Below are positions 25,953 through 39,513 of a stretch of DNA of 64,000 nucleotides, one piece after another. The first letter of the stretch is position 1. Every line of letters begins with the position of its first letter. The DNA comes from Octopus sinensis (lineage: Eukaryota), in NCBI RefSeq assembly GCF_006345805.1, contig NC_043021.1, positions 15,376,001 through 15,440,000 of the forward strand, given 5' to 3'. The position numbers and the translations under genes were made by a program. The notes below the pieces were generated by a model. It ran no database searches. It was not told the origin of the DNA and worked only from the letters and a program-made list of their open reading frames with translations.

Positions 25953-26197
25953 TTACACATATGAAATAATATCCATGTCATGTTAAGAACGTATTAAAAG
26001 TGGTTTCTAATAGGGCAATTCATCATGTTCTGGTAAGTGAGAAGGGGGAAGAAGGATTGGGTGAAATGAAATCCGATGATGAAACAATTACCGGAGGTGT
26101 TGCATGCAAGTGTACTTCCTTTTTGTTCTTTCTTTTTCTTTAAAGACAAAATAACCAGGAAGTGTTTAAAGATTACTACTACTACTATTACAAGATG

Positions 26198-26291
<94 letters not shown>

Positions 26292-26671
26292 ATAATAATA
26301 ATAATAAAATTTGTCAACCAGCTAATGACCAAATGTTGTAAACGATAACAGGATGGAAAGTAGATGTAGAAATATTTATTGTTATGGAGTTTGAGACAAA
26401 AAAAGTTTGTGTGTGTGTGAGTATTTGTTTTATTAGGAATTAAGGGAATTAATTGTTCAACGTTTATGTAATCATCAATGTCTGTAATTTAACATCTGCT
26501 TTGCCCTACTTATGTCAGACAGGATTTGTTGAGGCAGATTTTCTACGGCCAGATGCCCTTCCTGTAATCAACCCTTATATGTTCATAATTGTCTCTCATA
26601 TTCTCCTAAAAAAATCTAAGTTCTTAGATATCAGTCATTGACTAATTTCATTCTTTCTCAATCACATATTT

Positions 26672-26902
26672 CTTTTTCTCTTTCTCTTTTCTCTTTTACT
26701 TGTTTCAGTCATTTGACTGCGGCCATGCTGGAGCACTGCCTTTAGTCGATCAAATCGACCCTGGGACTTATTCTTTGTAAGCCCAGTACTTATTCTATTG
26801 GTCTTTTTTTTGCCGAACCGTTAAGTGCCGGGGACATAAACACACCAGCATCGGTTGTCAAGCAATGCTAGGGGGACAAACACAGACACACAAACATACA
26901 CG

Positions 26903-26954
<52 letters not shown>

Positions 26955-27110
26955 TATGACAGGCTTCTTTCAGTTTCCGTCTACCAAATCCACTCACAAG
27001 GCATTGGTCGGCCCAGGGCTATAGCAGAAGACACCTGCCCAAGATGCCACGCAGTGGGACTGAACCCGGAACCATGTGGTTGGTAAGCAAGCTACTTACC
27101 ACACAGCCAC
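26672..27110 (-). mobile_element. SINE family A flanked by an 88/89-bp direct duplication
   Basis: 26584-26671 is repeated at 27111-27199 with one substitution and one A-run indel. Confidence 0.92.
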
Positions 27111-27804
27111 CATAATTGTCTCTCATATTCGCCTAAAAAAAATCTAAGTTCTTAGATATCAGTCATTGACTAATTTCATTCTTTCTCAATCACATATTTA
27201 TTTTTGGTTAGTTTTTTTTTTTTTTTAATTGCTCCTTGCATCATAAGTGTAAACCTTAACTTACCTATTCATTTAAGGTGGTCATATTGTGCAGCAATAT
27301 GTTGCAGTTGTGCATGGCAACAGTGTGTTTTTAGCCAATAGTTTCACTGCAGTTTTAATATCTTGTGTAACTGACAAAAGCTCCTTATCCCCCCCCCCCC
27401 ACACCTTTTTTTTTTTTTAAATTTGAGACCCTAATGTCTATTTAAGAAATATTTATTTATTTATTTATTTAAAAGCTTTTCATTTTTTTTTTGCAAAATA
27501 TTTCTTTGAAAATTATCAATATCATAATTTCGAAATTAAAAAAGACAAAAAAAATGAAAACAGAAAGAAAAAGTGCAGGTTTTCTCTTGAAATTTTTATC
27601 TGTTTCAGTTTATTTCTATTTTTGCCAGTGTTTAGAAATATGAATATTTTTCTTGGAAAATGGTTTAGGCAATTTTTTTTCCCCTTCCTTCTCACACTCA
27701 GAATGTCTAAATCTTTTTGTAAAGCAAAAGTAAAATTTGTTTCGCTGATAATTCTTTGTCTAAGAATTTTGAAAAATATCAAATGTAAATAAGTATTATT
27801 AATG

Positions 27805-27891
27805 TGCATGTGTGTGTATGTATGTATGTATGTATGTATGTATGTATGTATGTATGTATGTATGTATGTATGTATGTATGTATGTATGTAT

Positions 27892-27926
<35 letters not shown>

Positions 27927-28041
27927 GTATGTATGTATACATATATGTATATGTATGTATACATATATGTATATGTATGTATACATATATGTATATGTAT
28001 GTATACATATATATATGTATGTATACATATATGTATGTATA

Positions 28042-28084
<43 letters not shown>

Positions 28085-28215
28085 GTATGTATACATATAT
28101 GTATATGTATGTATACATATATGTATATGTATGTATACATATATGTATATGTATGTATATATATGTATATGTATGTATACATATATATATGTATGTATAC
28201 ATATATGTATGTATA

Positions 28216-28256
<41 letters not shown>

Positions 28257-28377
28257 GTATGTATATATATGTATATTATGTATATATATATGTATATGTA
28301 TGTATATATATATGTATATGTATGTATACATATATGTATATGTATGTATAACATATATGTATATGTATGTATATGTC

Positions 28378-28431
<54 letters not shown>

Positions 28432-28545
28432 TGTATACATATATGTATATGTGTCTGTATACATTATATATATATATATATGCATGTATACATATATGTA
28501 TATGTGTCTGTATACATATATGTATATGTGTGTATATGTGTCTGC

Positions 28546-28583
<38 letters not shown>

Positions 28584-28590
28584 ATATTTT
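27805..28590. repeat. Long (TATG)n/(TA)n compound tract with 22-bp (CATATATGTATATGTATGTATA) and ~170-bp higher-order units
   Basis: Direct inspection; GTGTCTATATA anchor at ~28044 and ~28217. Confidence 0.9.
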
Positions 28591-29011
28591 AGTCACCGCC
28601 TTGGTTTTGCGTTCCTTCATACACTGAGTTATCCCATTTTTTTTTTGTTCTCATCATCAGATGTGTTGAAAGTTTCCAGATAAAATATTTTATTAATAAC
28701 TTTGCTGACGTAAAAATAATAAATTATTATTATTATTATTGTTGTTTTTTTCCGCTCTTTTCCTTCTTTGCTCTTCTGGTATTTTAATAAAAATGACATT
28801 TCAGAAGTTCCTTTCTTGACCCCGTGTTAATTAAGACCATGTGTTCACGTTAAAACATACATTTTTAGGTATTCACTCAAGACATTATAATAATAATGAT
28901 TAGCAGAAGTAAAAAAAAAGGAAGGACAAAAAAAAAATACCAAGGTAAAATGTTATTTTAGTCTGAAGAAGGACTCTGACTGGAACTTGGTTCTTCTGGC
29001 GGCATCTTTCA

Positions 29012-29217
29012 TCTTTTACTTGTTTCAGTCATTAGACTGCGGCCATGCTGGGGCACCATCTGGAATAATTTGTTTTAGTCAAATGAATCAACCCCCAGTA
29101 CTTTTGCTTTGTTAAGCCTGGTACTTCTTCTATTGGTCTCTTTTGCTGAACTGCTAGGTCACGGGGATATAAACACACCAACACCGGTTGCTAAGAATGG
29201 TGGAGAACTAACAGACT

Positions 29218-29258
<41 letters not shown>

Positions 29259-29375
29259 CTGGCTTCTTTCAGTTTCCATTTTCCAAATGAATTCACAAGG
29301 TTTTGGTTGGCCCGAGACTATAGTATAATACACTTGCTCAGGGTGCTACACAGTGGGACTGAACCTGCAACCATG
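29012..29375 (-). mobile_element. Degenerate SINE A
   Basis: Tail-to-head match to consensus with internal (CA)n. Confidence 0.75.
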
Positions 29376-29554
29376 AGGTCTGGATAACATTGGTGGCATG
29401 AAAAATGGGAGGCTGGTATGCATGGGCAGCTGCTGGTCTTCCATAAACAACCTTGCCCGGACTTGTGCCTCAGAGGGGAACTTCCTAGGTGCACTCCCAT
29501 GGTCATGCATACACCTAAAAAGAAAGAAAAGGAGTGGAGCAAAATTTATGAATC

Positions 29555-29724
29555 AGGAGTGGCTGTGTGGTAAGTAGCTTGCTTACCAACCACATGGTTT
29601 TGGGTTCAGTCCCACTGTGTGGCATCTTGGGCAAATATCTTCTATTGTAGCCTTGGGCTGACCAAAGCTTTGTAAGTGGATTTGGTAGACGGAAACTGAA
29701 AGAAGCCCGTCGTATATATGTATG

Positions 29725-29759
<35 letters not shown>

Positions 29760-29940
29760 GTCTGTGTTTGTCCCCCTAGCATTGCTTGACAATCAATGCT
29801 GGTGAGTTTACGTCTCTGTCACTTAGCGGTTCAGCAAAAGAGACCAATAGAATAAGTACTGGGCTTACAAAGAATAAGTCCCGGGGTTGATGTGCTCCAG
29901 CATGGCCGCAGTCAAATGACTGAAACAAGTAAAAGAGTAA
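29555..29940 (+). mobile_element. SINE family A
   Basis: Consensus match. Confidence 0.9.
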
Positions 29941-30223
29941 ATCAACTGAAAGACTACAGAATTTAGGCCTCAACCGAGATATTACCAGAGGGCCAGTTAG
30001 TACTCTTTTCCTTTTACATGTTTCAGGCCATGCTGGGGCACTGTCATTAGGGAATATTTAACTAGTAGCTCTGTGTGTTACTATAACCTTTGTGAGCTAT
30101 TGCATGTATGACAGCAGCTTGTGTTGGATAGTATTGTTGGTGAATAGCTAGCAACCGAGTTCCAAAGCTAAAATCTCTTAGACTGGTTTCAACATACTGT
30201 TTCTGCATCTCTTTCTCCCCTCC

Positions 30224-30270
<47 letters not shown>

Positions 30271-30519
30271 TCTAAACTCTATGGAAACTGGAGACAAGTA
30301 CCTGTTGTATCAGAGCTAAAGTTAATCCCCTTTCGTAAGAGGATTAGCTGTGTAGCTTGGCTTGTAATTAGGTCTGCAAGGTAGAGTGAGAAGAAATGAT
30401 ATTAGATAGGTTTTAAAGAACCTGTCCTCCATTCCTCCATTCACTCATTCTTTCAATAATAATAATAATAATAATAATAATTATAATAATGATAATAATA
30501 ATAATGATAATGATGATGA

Positions 30520-30744
30520 TGGTGGTTTCAAATTTTGCACAAGAGCAGCCGTTTGCAGGAGTAAGGGACTAGTCGATTACAGTGACCCCACTGTTTCACT
30601 GGTACTTAATTTATCGACCCTGAAAGGATGAAAGGCAAAGTCAACCTTGGCTGAATTTGAACTCAGAATGTAAAGACGGATGAAATGCCGCTAAGCATTT
30701 CGCCTGGCATGCTAACGATTCTGCCAGCTTGCTGCCTTGATAAA

Positions 30745-30777
<33 letters not shown>

Positions 30778-30990
30778 CCTTTCTGCTATAGGCACTAGGC
30801 TTGAAACTTTGGGAGATGGGGCTAGTTGATTACATTGACCCTTGTGCGTAACTGGTACTTATTTCATCGATCCCGAAATGATGAGAAGCAAAGTCAACCG
30901 TGGCGGAATTTGAACTCAGAACGTGCAGACAGACGAAATGTTGCTAAGCGTTTCTCCTGGTGTGCTAATGATTCTGCCAGCATGTCGCCT

Positions 30991-31044
<54 letters not shown>

Positions 31045-31460
31045 GTTTCAAATTTTGGCTCAAGGCCTGGAAGTTTGGGGAGTGAGGTAGGTCAATTATA
31101 TTGACCCCAGTATTCAACTGGTAACTTAATTTATTGACCCTGAACTTCAGCAGTTAATAATAATGATGATGATGATGATAACAACAACAACAACAACAAC
31201 AATAATCCTTTCTACTAAAGGCGCAAGGCCTGGATTCTTCAGGGAGAGGCTAGTTGATTACATCTACTCCAATGCTCAATTGGTACTTATTTTATTGACC
31301 CCCAAAATATGAAAGACAAAGTTTTCCAACACCAACATTTTTGCCAGTTCGCTATCATAATCCTAATAATAATGATCATCAACCCCCCACCCCACCAATA
31401 ATAATTTATTTTATTGATCTCATTGATCCCAAACGGATGAAAGGTAAAACTCTGAACATA
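30520..31460 (-). mobile_element. Chain of 4-5 co-oriented SINE B copies separated by (AAT)n/(GAT)n tracts
   Basis: Repeated CTGGTACTT...TCGACCC...GAAAGG...GAATTTGAACTC modules. Confidence 0.75.
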
Positions 31461-31627
31461 GAAAACTGGAACAAATGCACTGACAGGTTTCCCAATCTCA
31501 AATGCTGCTGCTAATTTGTCACCCTTCATATAAGAATAAAACTATTTATTTCAAATTTTAACGCAAGACAAGGCCAGCAATTTTGAAAAAAAAAGTGGGG
31601 TTTGTCAACTATATTGATCACCTAGAG

Positions 31628-31968
31628 CAAAGGTTCTCAAATTGGGCGTTGCTGTCTCCCCCCCCCCGACATTGAGACAGTCCAAGTGGGCGCTGGTGCC
31701 TAAGGGGATGGGGGGGGGGTGCTGTAGAGAAAAAGGGGGCATTGGGAGGAAGGCAGTGAATTGGGGTCACTATGAATTTATTATAATATCATTATAGTAT
31801 TGTATACAAATTATATAATATTATATTAAATATCAAATGATTCATAGTATATGTAAATTAGTAAAATATAAAATATTTATTTATGCATAAAATAGGGGTG
31901 GGGTGCTGAGGGTATTATGTGGCCATGAGGGTGGGGGGGCAGTGGTCCAAAGAGTTTGAGAACTTCTG
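31628..31968. mobile_element. hAT (Charlie-like) MITE
   Basis: TIRs CAAAGGTTCTCAAA / TTTGAGAACTTCTG; 8-bp TSD ACCTAGAG at 31620-31627 and 31969-31976. Confidence 0.8.
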
Positions 31969-31976
31969 ACCTAGAG

Positions 31977-32292
31977 CAAAGGGTCTCTACCATTTATTTT
32001 ATCTGTGGACCCCTTTGTTTATCATTTTATTCTGGTGGACCCCCGTAGCCATTCAATGTTTAAAAACTAAGACACTTCTTTCAAAATTCCTATTTTGCTA
32101 TTCACACGTCTACTTGTAGAGGTTGGATTATGTAAAATGTTACAGGAAGAGCCCTAGTTATTTCTTGCAAGACCCACATATCAATTAGAACTTTTCATGG
32201 ACCCTTAAAATACTACTGGGGATCCCCAATTTACTATTTTGCAAGTATGGCGCCCCCAGAAATCTTATATGGACCCCGCTTGAGAACCACTG
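31977..32292. mobile_element. Second, different hAT MITE directly abutting the first
   Basis: Ends TTGAGAACCACTG; flanked by ACCTAGAG and CCCTAGAG (32293-32300). Confidence 0.75.
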
Positions 32293-32404
32293 CCCTAGAG
32301 GAATGAAAGGAATGAAAGTTGAGTTAAGCAGGAATTGAACTCAGGACTGCAAGGAGCCAGAATGAATGCTGCCAAACATTTTATCTAATGATCTAATGGT
32401 CATG

Positions 32405-32655
32405 CTGATGGCATGTGTAAAAAGATTCGAGCAAAGTCATTGCCAGTATCGCCTGACTTGCCCACGTGCCGGTGTCACGTAAAAAGCACCCACTACACTC
32501 TTGGAGTGGTTGGCGTTACAAAGGGCATCCAGCTTTAGAAGCTCTGCCAGATCAAGATTGGAGTCTGGTGCAGCCATCTGGTTCGCCAGCCCTCAGTCAA
32601 AATCATCCAACCCATGCTAGCATGGAAAGCGGACGTTAAACGATGATGATGATGA
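32405..32655 (+). mobile_element. Retroposon family C (…CATCCAACCCATGCTAGCATGGAAAGCGGACGTTAAAC(GAT)n tail)
   Basis: Matches copies at ~51925-52210, ~62310-62600, ~63880-64000 (+) and ~21041-21133, ~40140-40390, ~52500-52710 (-). Confidence 0.85.
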
Positions 32656-33499
32656 TCTAAAGAGCTTGCCACCTCAATAATCATTGGCATACAAACCTCT
32701 TAACACATGGTATAAAAAGATAAAGCTCCATATTGTGTTACATAGGGTCATAAGGCTGGTTTCCCTGTTTCTGTGGCATACATACTCCCTTCTTGGATGG
32801 GATGCCAGTCTGTCACTGGATCCCTTTTTTTATTCTTTTCACCATGAAATGAGGTGTTTTGCTCAAGAATGAAACACTTTGTCTGGTCCAGGCATCGAAA
32901 GTACAGTCTTAGGATCGTGAGTCCAACACCCTAACCACTAAGCCATGCACTACCACTTAACCACGCAGCTATGTGCTATAATTTGTGCTAGTAGCAAATA
33001 TGGATTTAACACAATCAATCGACATTTGAATCGGGGTAATGATGACATTGTCGAGGCATTTGTTTGTTGTTTTTTATTCTCAGTGTTCAAGTTCAGCTTT
33101 GTAAGCTGTTGTGATGGGAAAAACAACAACAACAATAACAACAGCAACAACAGCGACGACAACCTTCACTTCAAAGAACGAGAAGAAATAGATTGAAAAA
33201 AAAAAAGAAAAGGAAGAAAGAAGTGGTTCTGCTTTTCCAATTCATGTTACCTTGAGGAATGGAAATAGAAAAGAAAAACAGGTGCATGTTTATGGTTAGA
33301 CTGACTCATATGTGCAATGACGTAACCTACAGGCTTGCAGACAGACAGACAGACACATGTTGATATGCATACGCGTACTCACACGTTCACAGACAGGCAC
33401 ACACACACACACACACACACACATGCATATGGCAATGCACTCACACACACATTCATTGGAACACTTGCACACGCCTTCCTTCTCACAGACAGGCTCGCC

Positions 33500-34266
33500 C
33501 CCGTGTGTGTGTAGTTATGAATATATATATATATATAATACATATATGCGTATGTGTGTGTATATGTATATATGCATGTATGTATGCTTGTATATATACA
33601 TATATATATGTATACATACATTTTTATGTATGTATATATATATATGTATATATGTGTATATATATATACATATATATATATGTATATATGTGTATATATA
33701 TACATATATATACATATATATGTATGTATATATATGTATATATATATATATATATACATATATATGTATGTATATATGTATATATATACATATATATACA
33801 TATACATATATATGTATGTATATATATGTATATATATACATATATATACAATATATATATATATGTATGTATAGGTATATATGTATATGTATAGGTATAT
33901 ATGTATATATATATAGGTATATATGTATATATATATGGTATATATGTATATATAGGTATATATGTATATATATATATATATATAGGTATATATGTATATA
34001 TAGTATATATATGTATATATATGTATATATGTATATATATATATGTATATATATAGGATATATGTATATATGTATATATGTATATATATATAGGTATATA
34101 TATAGTATATGTATATATATGTATATATATAGGTATATGTATATATATATTATATATATATATAGGTATATATGATATATATATGTATATATATGTATAT
34201 ATATAGGTATATATGTATATATATATATATATATATTATAGGTATATATGTATATAGGTATATATG

Positions 34267-34301
<35 letters not shown>

Positions 34302-35154
34302 GTATATATGTTATATATGTATATAGGTATAATGTATATATATGTATATATGTACATGTATATATATGTGTGTGTGTGTATCCACATATACTGCAGCACA
34401 CACATGCAGTGACATGCTTGCAAGCATTGACAGACAAACTAACATGCATACACACTCATTGATACAGACAGCAGTGTACATGTGCACACACGCACACACA
34501 AATGTACAGAAGCACATGCTTGAGGTGACGCTAACATACTAACACGCAAGCTCTTGTGCATGCGTATGCACTTACACATGCATATATGCATATGCACTTA
34601 CACATGCACATATGCGTATGCACTTACACATGCACATACGTGTGCTCCAACGCACTCGTGCCTGCATTCGTCTGCTTACATGGACACGACACTGGTGCAG
34701 TTAATGAAGGCGTGCACACGCACACACATTGACACATATGCGCACAATCACGCACACATGCGCGCTCTGACCTACCTTTACATCCTCACACAGACACGCA
34801 CGCACACACACACACACAGATGCATACGCATGCACACTTGCGCTTGCCCTGACACATACTAATACAGTTTACATAGACATACAGTCACGCATTTGTGCAA
34901 ACACACACACACACACACACACATCAACATACTCAGACAAATATGTCTCTAGATCCACACACACACACACATCCTCAGACAAATATGTCTCTAGATATAC
35001 ACACACACACACACACACACACCACACACATACACACAGCAACATACTCAGACGCTTGTATACCTAAATACACACACACAGACACACACACGTCTACACT
35101 GATATGCTTACACAGACGCATGCTAACACAGCATAGACATGTACCAACACATTT

Positions 35155-35244
<90 letters not shown>

Positions 35245-35250
35245 ACACAC
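33500..35250. repeat. ~1.7-kb low-complexity block: (TA/TG/TAGG)n followed by a CA-rich mosaic ending in a long (CA)n
   Basis: Direct inspection. Confidence 0.9.
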
Positions 35251-35613
35251 ACATTATCCAGCACACCCATACCTTCCCTCTGTTCAGTTCAGTTCAGTAA
35301 TTGTTGTTGTTGTTGTTATTGCTGTCAGATGTCTCAATGGTTATCTAATGGACCCTATACAATTAATATAACAATCTGTACAAGCTTCAACTCGGTAACA
35401 ATAACGATATAATATAATGTAATTTAATGTAATATGGTCCAATATAATATAATATAATATAATATAATATAATATAATATAATATAATATAATATAATAT
35501 AATATAATACTGTGATGGGAAAACAGTTAACAGCAAAATGTATCTCCCCCCTCAGAGGTCACACTCTGATTTCCAATTCATACATATCTATACATATATA
35601 TTGACCTGATCAG

Positions 35614-35960
35614 ATAACTGCAACTATTACTAGTACTGCTGCTGCTGCTACTACCACCACCACCACCACCACCGCCACTAGCGTCACTACTACTACTACT
35701 GTCACTACTACTACTCCCATCACCACTGCTACTACTTCTACTATTACTACTACTACTACTACTACCACCACCACCACCACCACTAGCGCCATTACTACTA
35801 CTACTACTACTCTCATCACCACTGCTACTACTACCACTACTACTACTGCTACTACTCCCACTACCACCACCACTGCCATCATCATAACCCCTTCTACTGC
35901 TGCTGCTACTACTACTACTCCTACTATCACCACCACCACCACTACTACTAGTACTACTTC
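35614..35960. repeat. Mixed trinucleotide repeat (ACT/ACC/GCT)
   Basis: Direct inspection; frame-preserving throughout. Confidence 0.85.
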
Positions 35961-36363
35961 TGTTGTGTCTAGCATTGTAAAATATGTGTAAAATTTTGGC
36001 AAGCCAAACCGTTTTACTTTTTAACTTCCCACCGCTAACAACCTTCCCCCAAAGAAACGAACAATGCTAAAAGGAAGGTTATTTCCTATTTCCCCTGAAA
36101 AAAATTCTCGAGAAAAAAAAAAACAATCAGCAATTATGAAAAAAAACATTCATATACATACAATTGCACCCCTGCCACACACATGCTGATGTACATTAAA
36201 ATTATTGTTGATATTCTCGTTATGGTAGAAAAATGACAGAGCACTAAACTAAATCCTCTTCATCATCATCATCATCATCATCTCTTCCTCTGCCCTCCCA
36301 CCCTGTCTCCTTCCTCAGCTTCCTCGTCACCCACCTATGTCTTCCCCTTCTTTCTCTCCTTCT

Positions 36364-36730
36364 TATTTCTTTCATTGCCCACAAGGGGCTAAACATAGAG
36401 GGGACAAACAAGGACAGACAAAGAGATTAAGTCGATTACATCGACCCAAGTGCGTAACTGGTACTTAATTTATTGACCCCGAAAGGATGAAAGGCAAAGT
36501 CGACCTCGGCAGAATTTGAACTCTGAATGTAAAGACAGACGAAATGCCTATTTCTTTACTACCCACAAGAGGACAAATAAGGACAGACAAATAGATTGTC
36601 GATTATATCGACCCCAGTGCGTAACTGGTACTTATTTAATCGACCCAAAAAGGATGAAAGGCAAAGTCGACCTCGGTGGAATTTGACCTCAGAACGTAGC
36701 GGCAGGCGACATACTGCTAAGCGTTTCGCC
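36364..36730 (-). mobile_element. Two nested/tandem SINE B copies (junction 36548/36549)
   Basis: TATTTCTTT...CCCACAAG tail appears twice, each followed by the B core. Confidence 0.8.
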
Positions 36731-37990
36731 TTTCTCTCCTCTTCCTTTTACTCCTTGCTTTCATCATCATCTTCTGTCACCCAGCCTCCTCTCCTCTTCC
36801 TCAAGTTTGTCATTATCATCAAAAAGAAGACCTCAGCCATCAAGCCATCACTTGCGAGGGAATATGACTTTATGGCATGTCCCATGCTTTCATCGATTGT
36901 TTTGACATGTACCTGTGTAGTCCCGAGAAGATTTAGACATCATCTCATCTCTCCCACCTTTGAATGAACAGAGCTTCTAGAGAGAGCGAAGGAGAGACTG
37001 GTCAGCACTCGACTGGTACAGCTGCAATGTAAAATGAAGTGTGATGCTCAGTGATAGAACATGCCACCCAGGTCCAAGAATTCAACCCACAACCTTAAGA
37101 TTGTGAGCCTAACACCCTTAACCATCAGGCCACACCCTCTCTATTGACTATAATTGGTTTGCTAGATCTCTATTACATTCTTCGTCGCTGCAAGTGGAAG
37201 CTGGTAACTACAATTAACTCTAAAAGAAGAGAATGTTCTTGTAGAAGATTTCCGGATTTCAAATAGTCCTGTCAGCTCTTCAGTTGCTGTCGGAAGTCTC
37301 ATTGTTAGACATTTGCTTTGATTCCGTTCGGTGAAATTTTGTAAAGTTGTCAGGTCGAACGAATAATATTGGAAATGATTTTTACCGAACATTAAACTAA
37401 GAATGTAAGTCTGGAAGTAAATAGATGTAAAAAGAGAAAGAGAGAGAGGGGGAGAAACTGGAGTGATCGAGTGTACTTTATTATTTTCAGAACATTGAAA
37501 CTGTCCTTGTAAGTTACCAAACTTATATGTGATTCCTGGAAGGAATTACTGTCGGTTGATTATTACTGTTTTATATTTCTTTGTTCCGCGTTTTCTTGCA
37601 TCACTAATGTCTTCTGTCCTAAAACTTCGGGATGTCACTGTTAATCCTGTATTTTCTCTCAAACTAAATTATCTACTTAATTCTTCTCTTCTTGGGTTAG
37701 CGTAGTTAAGTGTTAGGCGGAATCATAAAAGATGAAATAGCAAAAGAGAAAGTGACTGCGCTGACAGTTAATGCAAATTGCTGGAAGTTTATAAAGATAC
37801 AGGTGCTCTGCGTGTTTAAGAAGTTCACTTTGTAACCATGTGGTTCTGGATTTTGGTCCCAATGCTCAGCACCTTGGACTTCTAAAATTTTTTACAGTCA
37901 CCACAGAATGAGACATTGTGTTAACAACAAACAAGATGAGGACAAATATCTGTCAAATGTAAATAATGTACATAATTCCTCATCTCTTAA

Positions 37991-38211
37991 CCCTTTCATT
38001 ACCAACCCGGCTGAAACCAGCTCTAGCTCTGTAGTCCAAATGTCTTGTTTTCATAAGTTTTGAATTCAAATCTTCCACCAAACCTTAGTCACAATTTATG
38101 TTCCTAACACTAGTTGAATGATAACTAAGTTATTTTACTAAATTCTTTGTTATATTTAAAATAATTGAAAGAAACACAGAGCATTGCAAAATAAATACAG
38201 TAATGAAAGGG
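37991..38211. mobile_element. piggyBac-type MITE, 221 bp
   Basis: TTAA|CCCTTTCATTAC ... GTAATGAAAGGG|TTAA; interrupts a SINE F 3' end (TCCTCATCTC-TTAA-GTATAGAACT). Confidence 0.9.
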
Positions 38212-39152
38212 TTAAGTATAGAACTGTATTAGGCCAACATTCACCCTGAAAGGAACAACAGTCTATTGCAAGGTTAACCATTTAGAGCTGAATGGACCAG
38301 AGCCACATAAAATGAAGTGCTTTTCTCAAGAGCACAACACACCACTGGTCTTGGAATTGAAACCACAATCTTGCGATCATGTGTGCAACAGCCTAACCAC
38401 TGGACTTACATGGCTTCACAATAATTACTATTATTTTATTTCAACTTTAGATTGAAGTTATGTTGTTGCAAAAAAAAACAAAAGACTCCGATCATTCAGT
38501 CTGTCTCTGAACCGACCATGCCGGTCCAACTGACTGCCTTCACCCCCCATATCCCACCCACCCACGCCCAGTTTACATAATAATAATTATTTTTAATAAT
38601 AGCAACAGTGACGATAATAGGTTGCACTAAATTTGGACTCAGTTTATTTTTTGTTCTAATTATTAATCTTTGTTGCTGGACTTGTATCGATATTTCTGCT
38701 AGTCGTGCCGTTTCCTCCTTCTCAGTTCTATTAATGATTTAGTATGCACCAACTAAAATTAGCTGGTGTTGCCTTCTGTGAGAGCTATTTTCAGTTAAAG
38801 TTTTATAGTTTTATATACCAGCTCTGCTACTACTGTGGCTGCTCGTTCAACACTATGTTTGTCACCAGTGTTGTTTGATTTGATTTTCATATTTTTTTTA
38901 TGGTGTATCAATAGTTTTATGCTATTTTATGTAGGTTTTTTTTTTTTGTCTTGGTGATGGTGATGGTTTAAATCAAAATTTGCTCTGTGAAGTTTTTTAT
39001 GGAATTTTTTTTGATAATTGTGCAGGTTTGCTTCCTATCCCATGGTTCTGGATTCAGTCCCACTGCATGGCACCTTGGGCAAGTGTCTATTATAACCTTC
39101 AGACTAACCAAAGTCTTGTGAATAGATTTAATAGATGGAAACTGAAAGAAGC

Positions 39153-39192
<40 letters not shown>

Positions 39193-39456
39193 ATGGGCTT
39201 CTTTCAGTTTCCATTTACCAAATCTCTGTGTGTGGGTGTCTTGTTTGTCCCCCTCCACCTCTTGACAACCAGTGTTGTCCCTTTAACTTAGCTGTTCAGA
39301 AAAAGAGACTGATAGAATTAGTACCAAGTTTTTTTAAAAATAAGTACTGGGGTCGATTTGACTAAAGAATTCTTCAAGGCTGTGCCCCAGCATGGCTGCA
39401 GTCTAATGACAAAAACAAGTAAAAAAAAAAGGGGAAAAAAAAGAGTATGTCTGTAT

Positions 39457-39500
<44 letters not shown>

Positions 39501-39513
39501 GTATATATATCAA

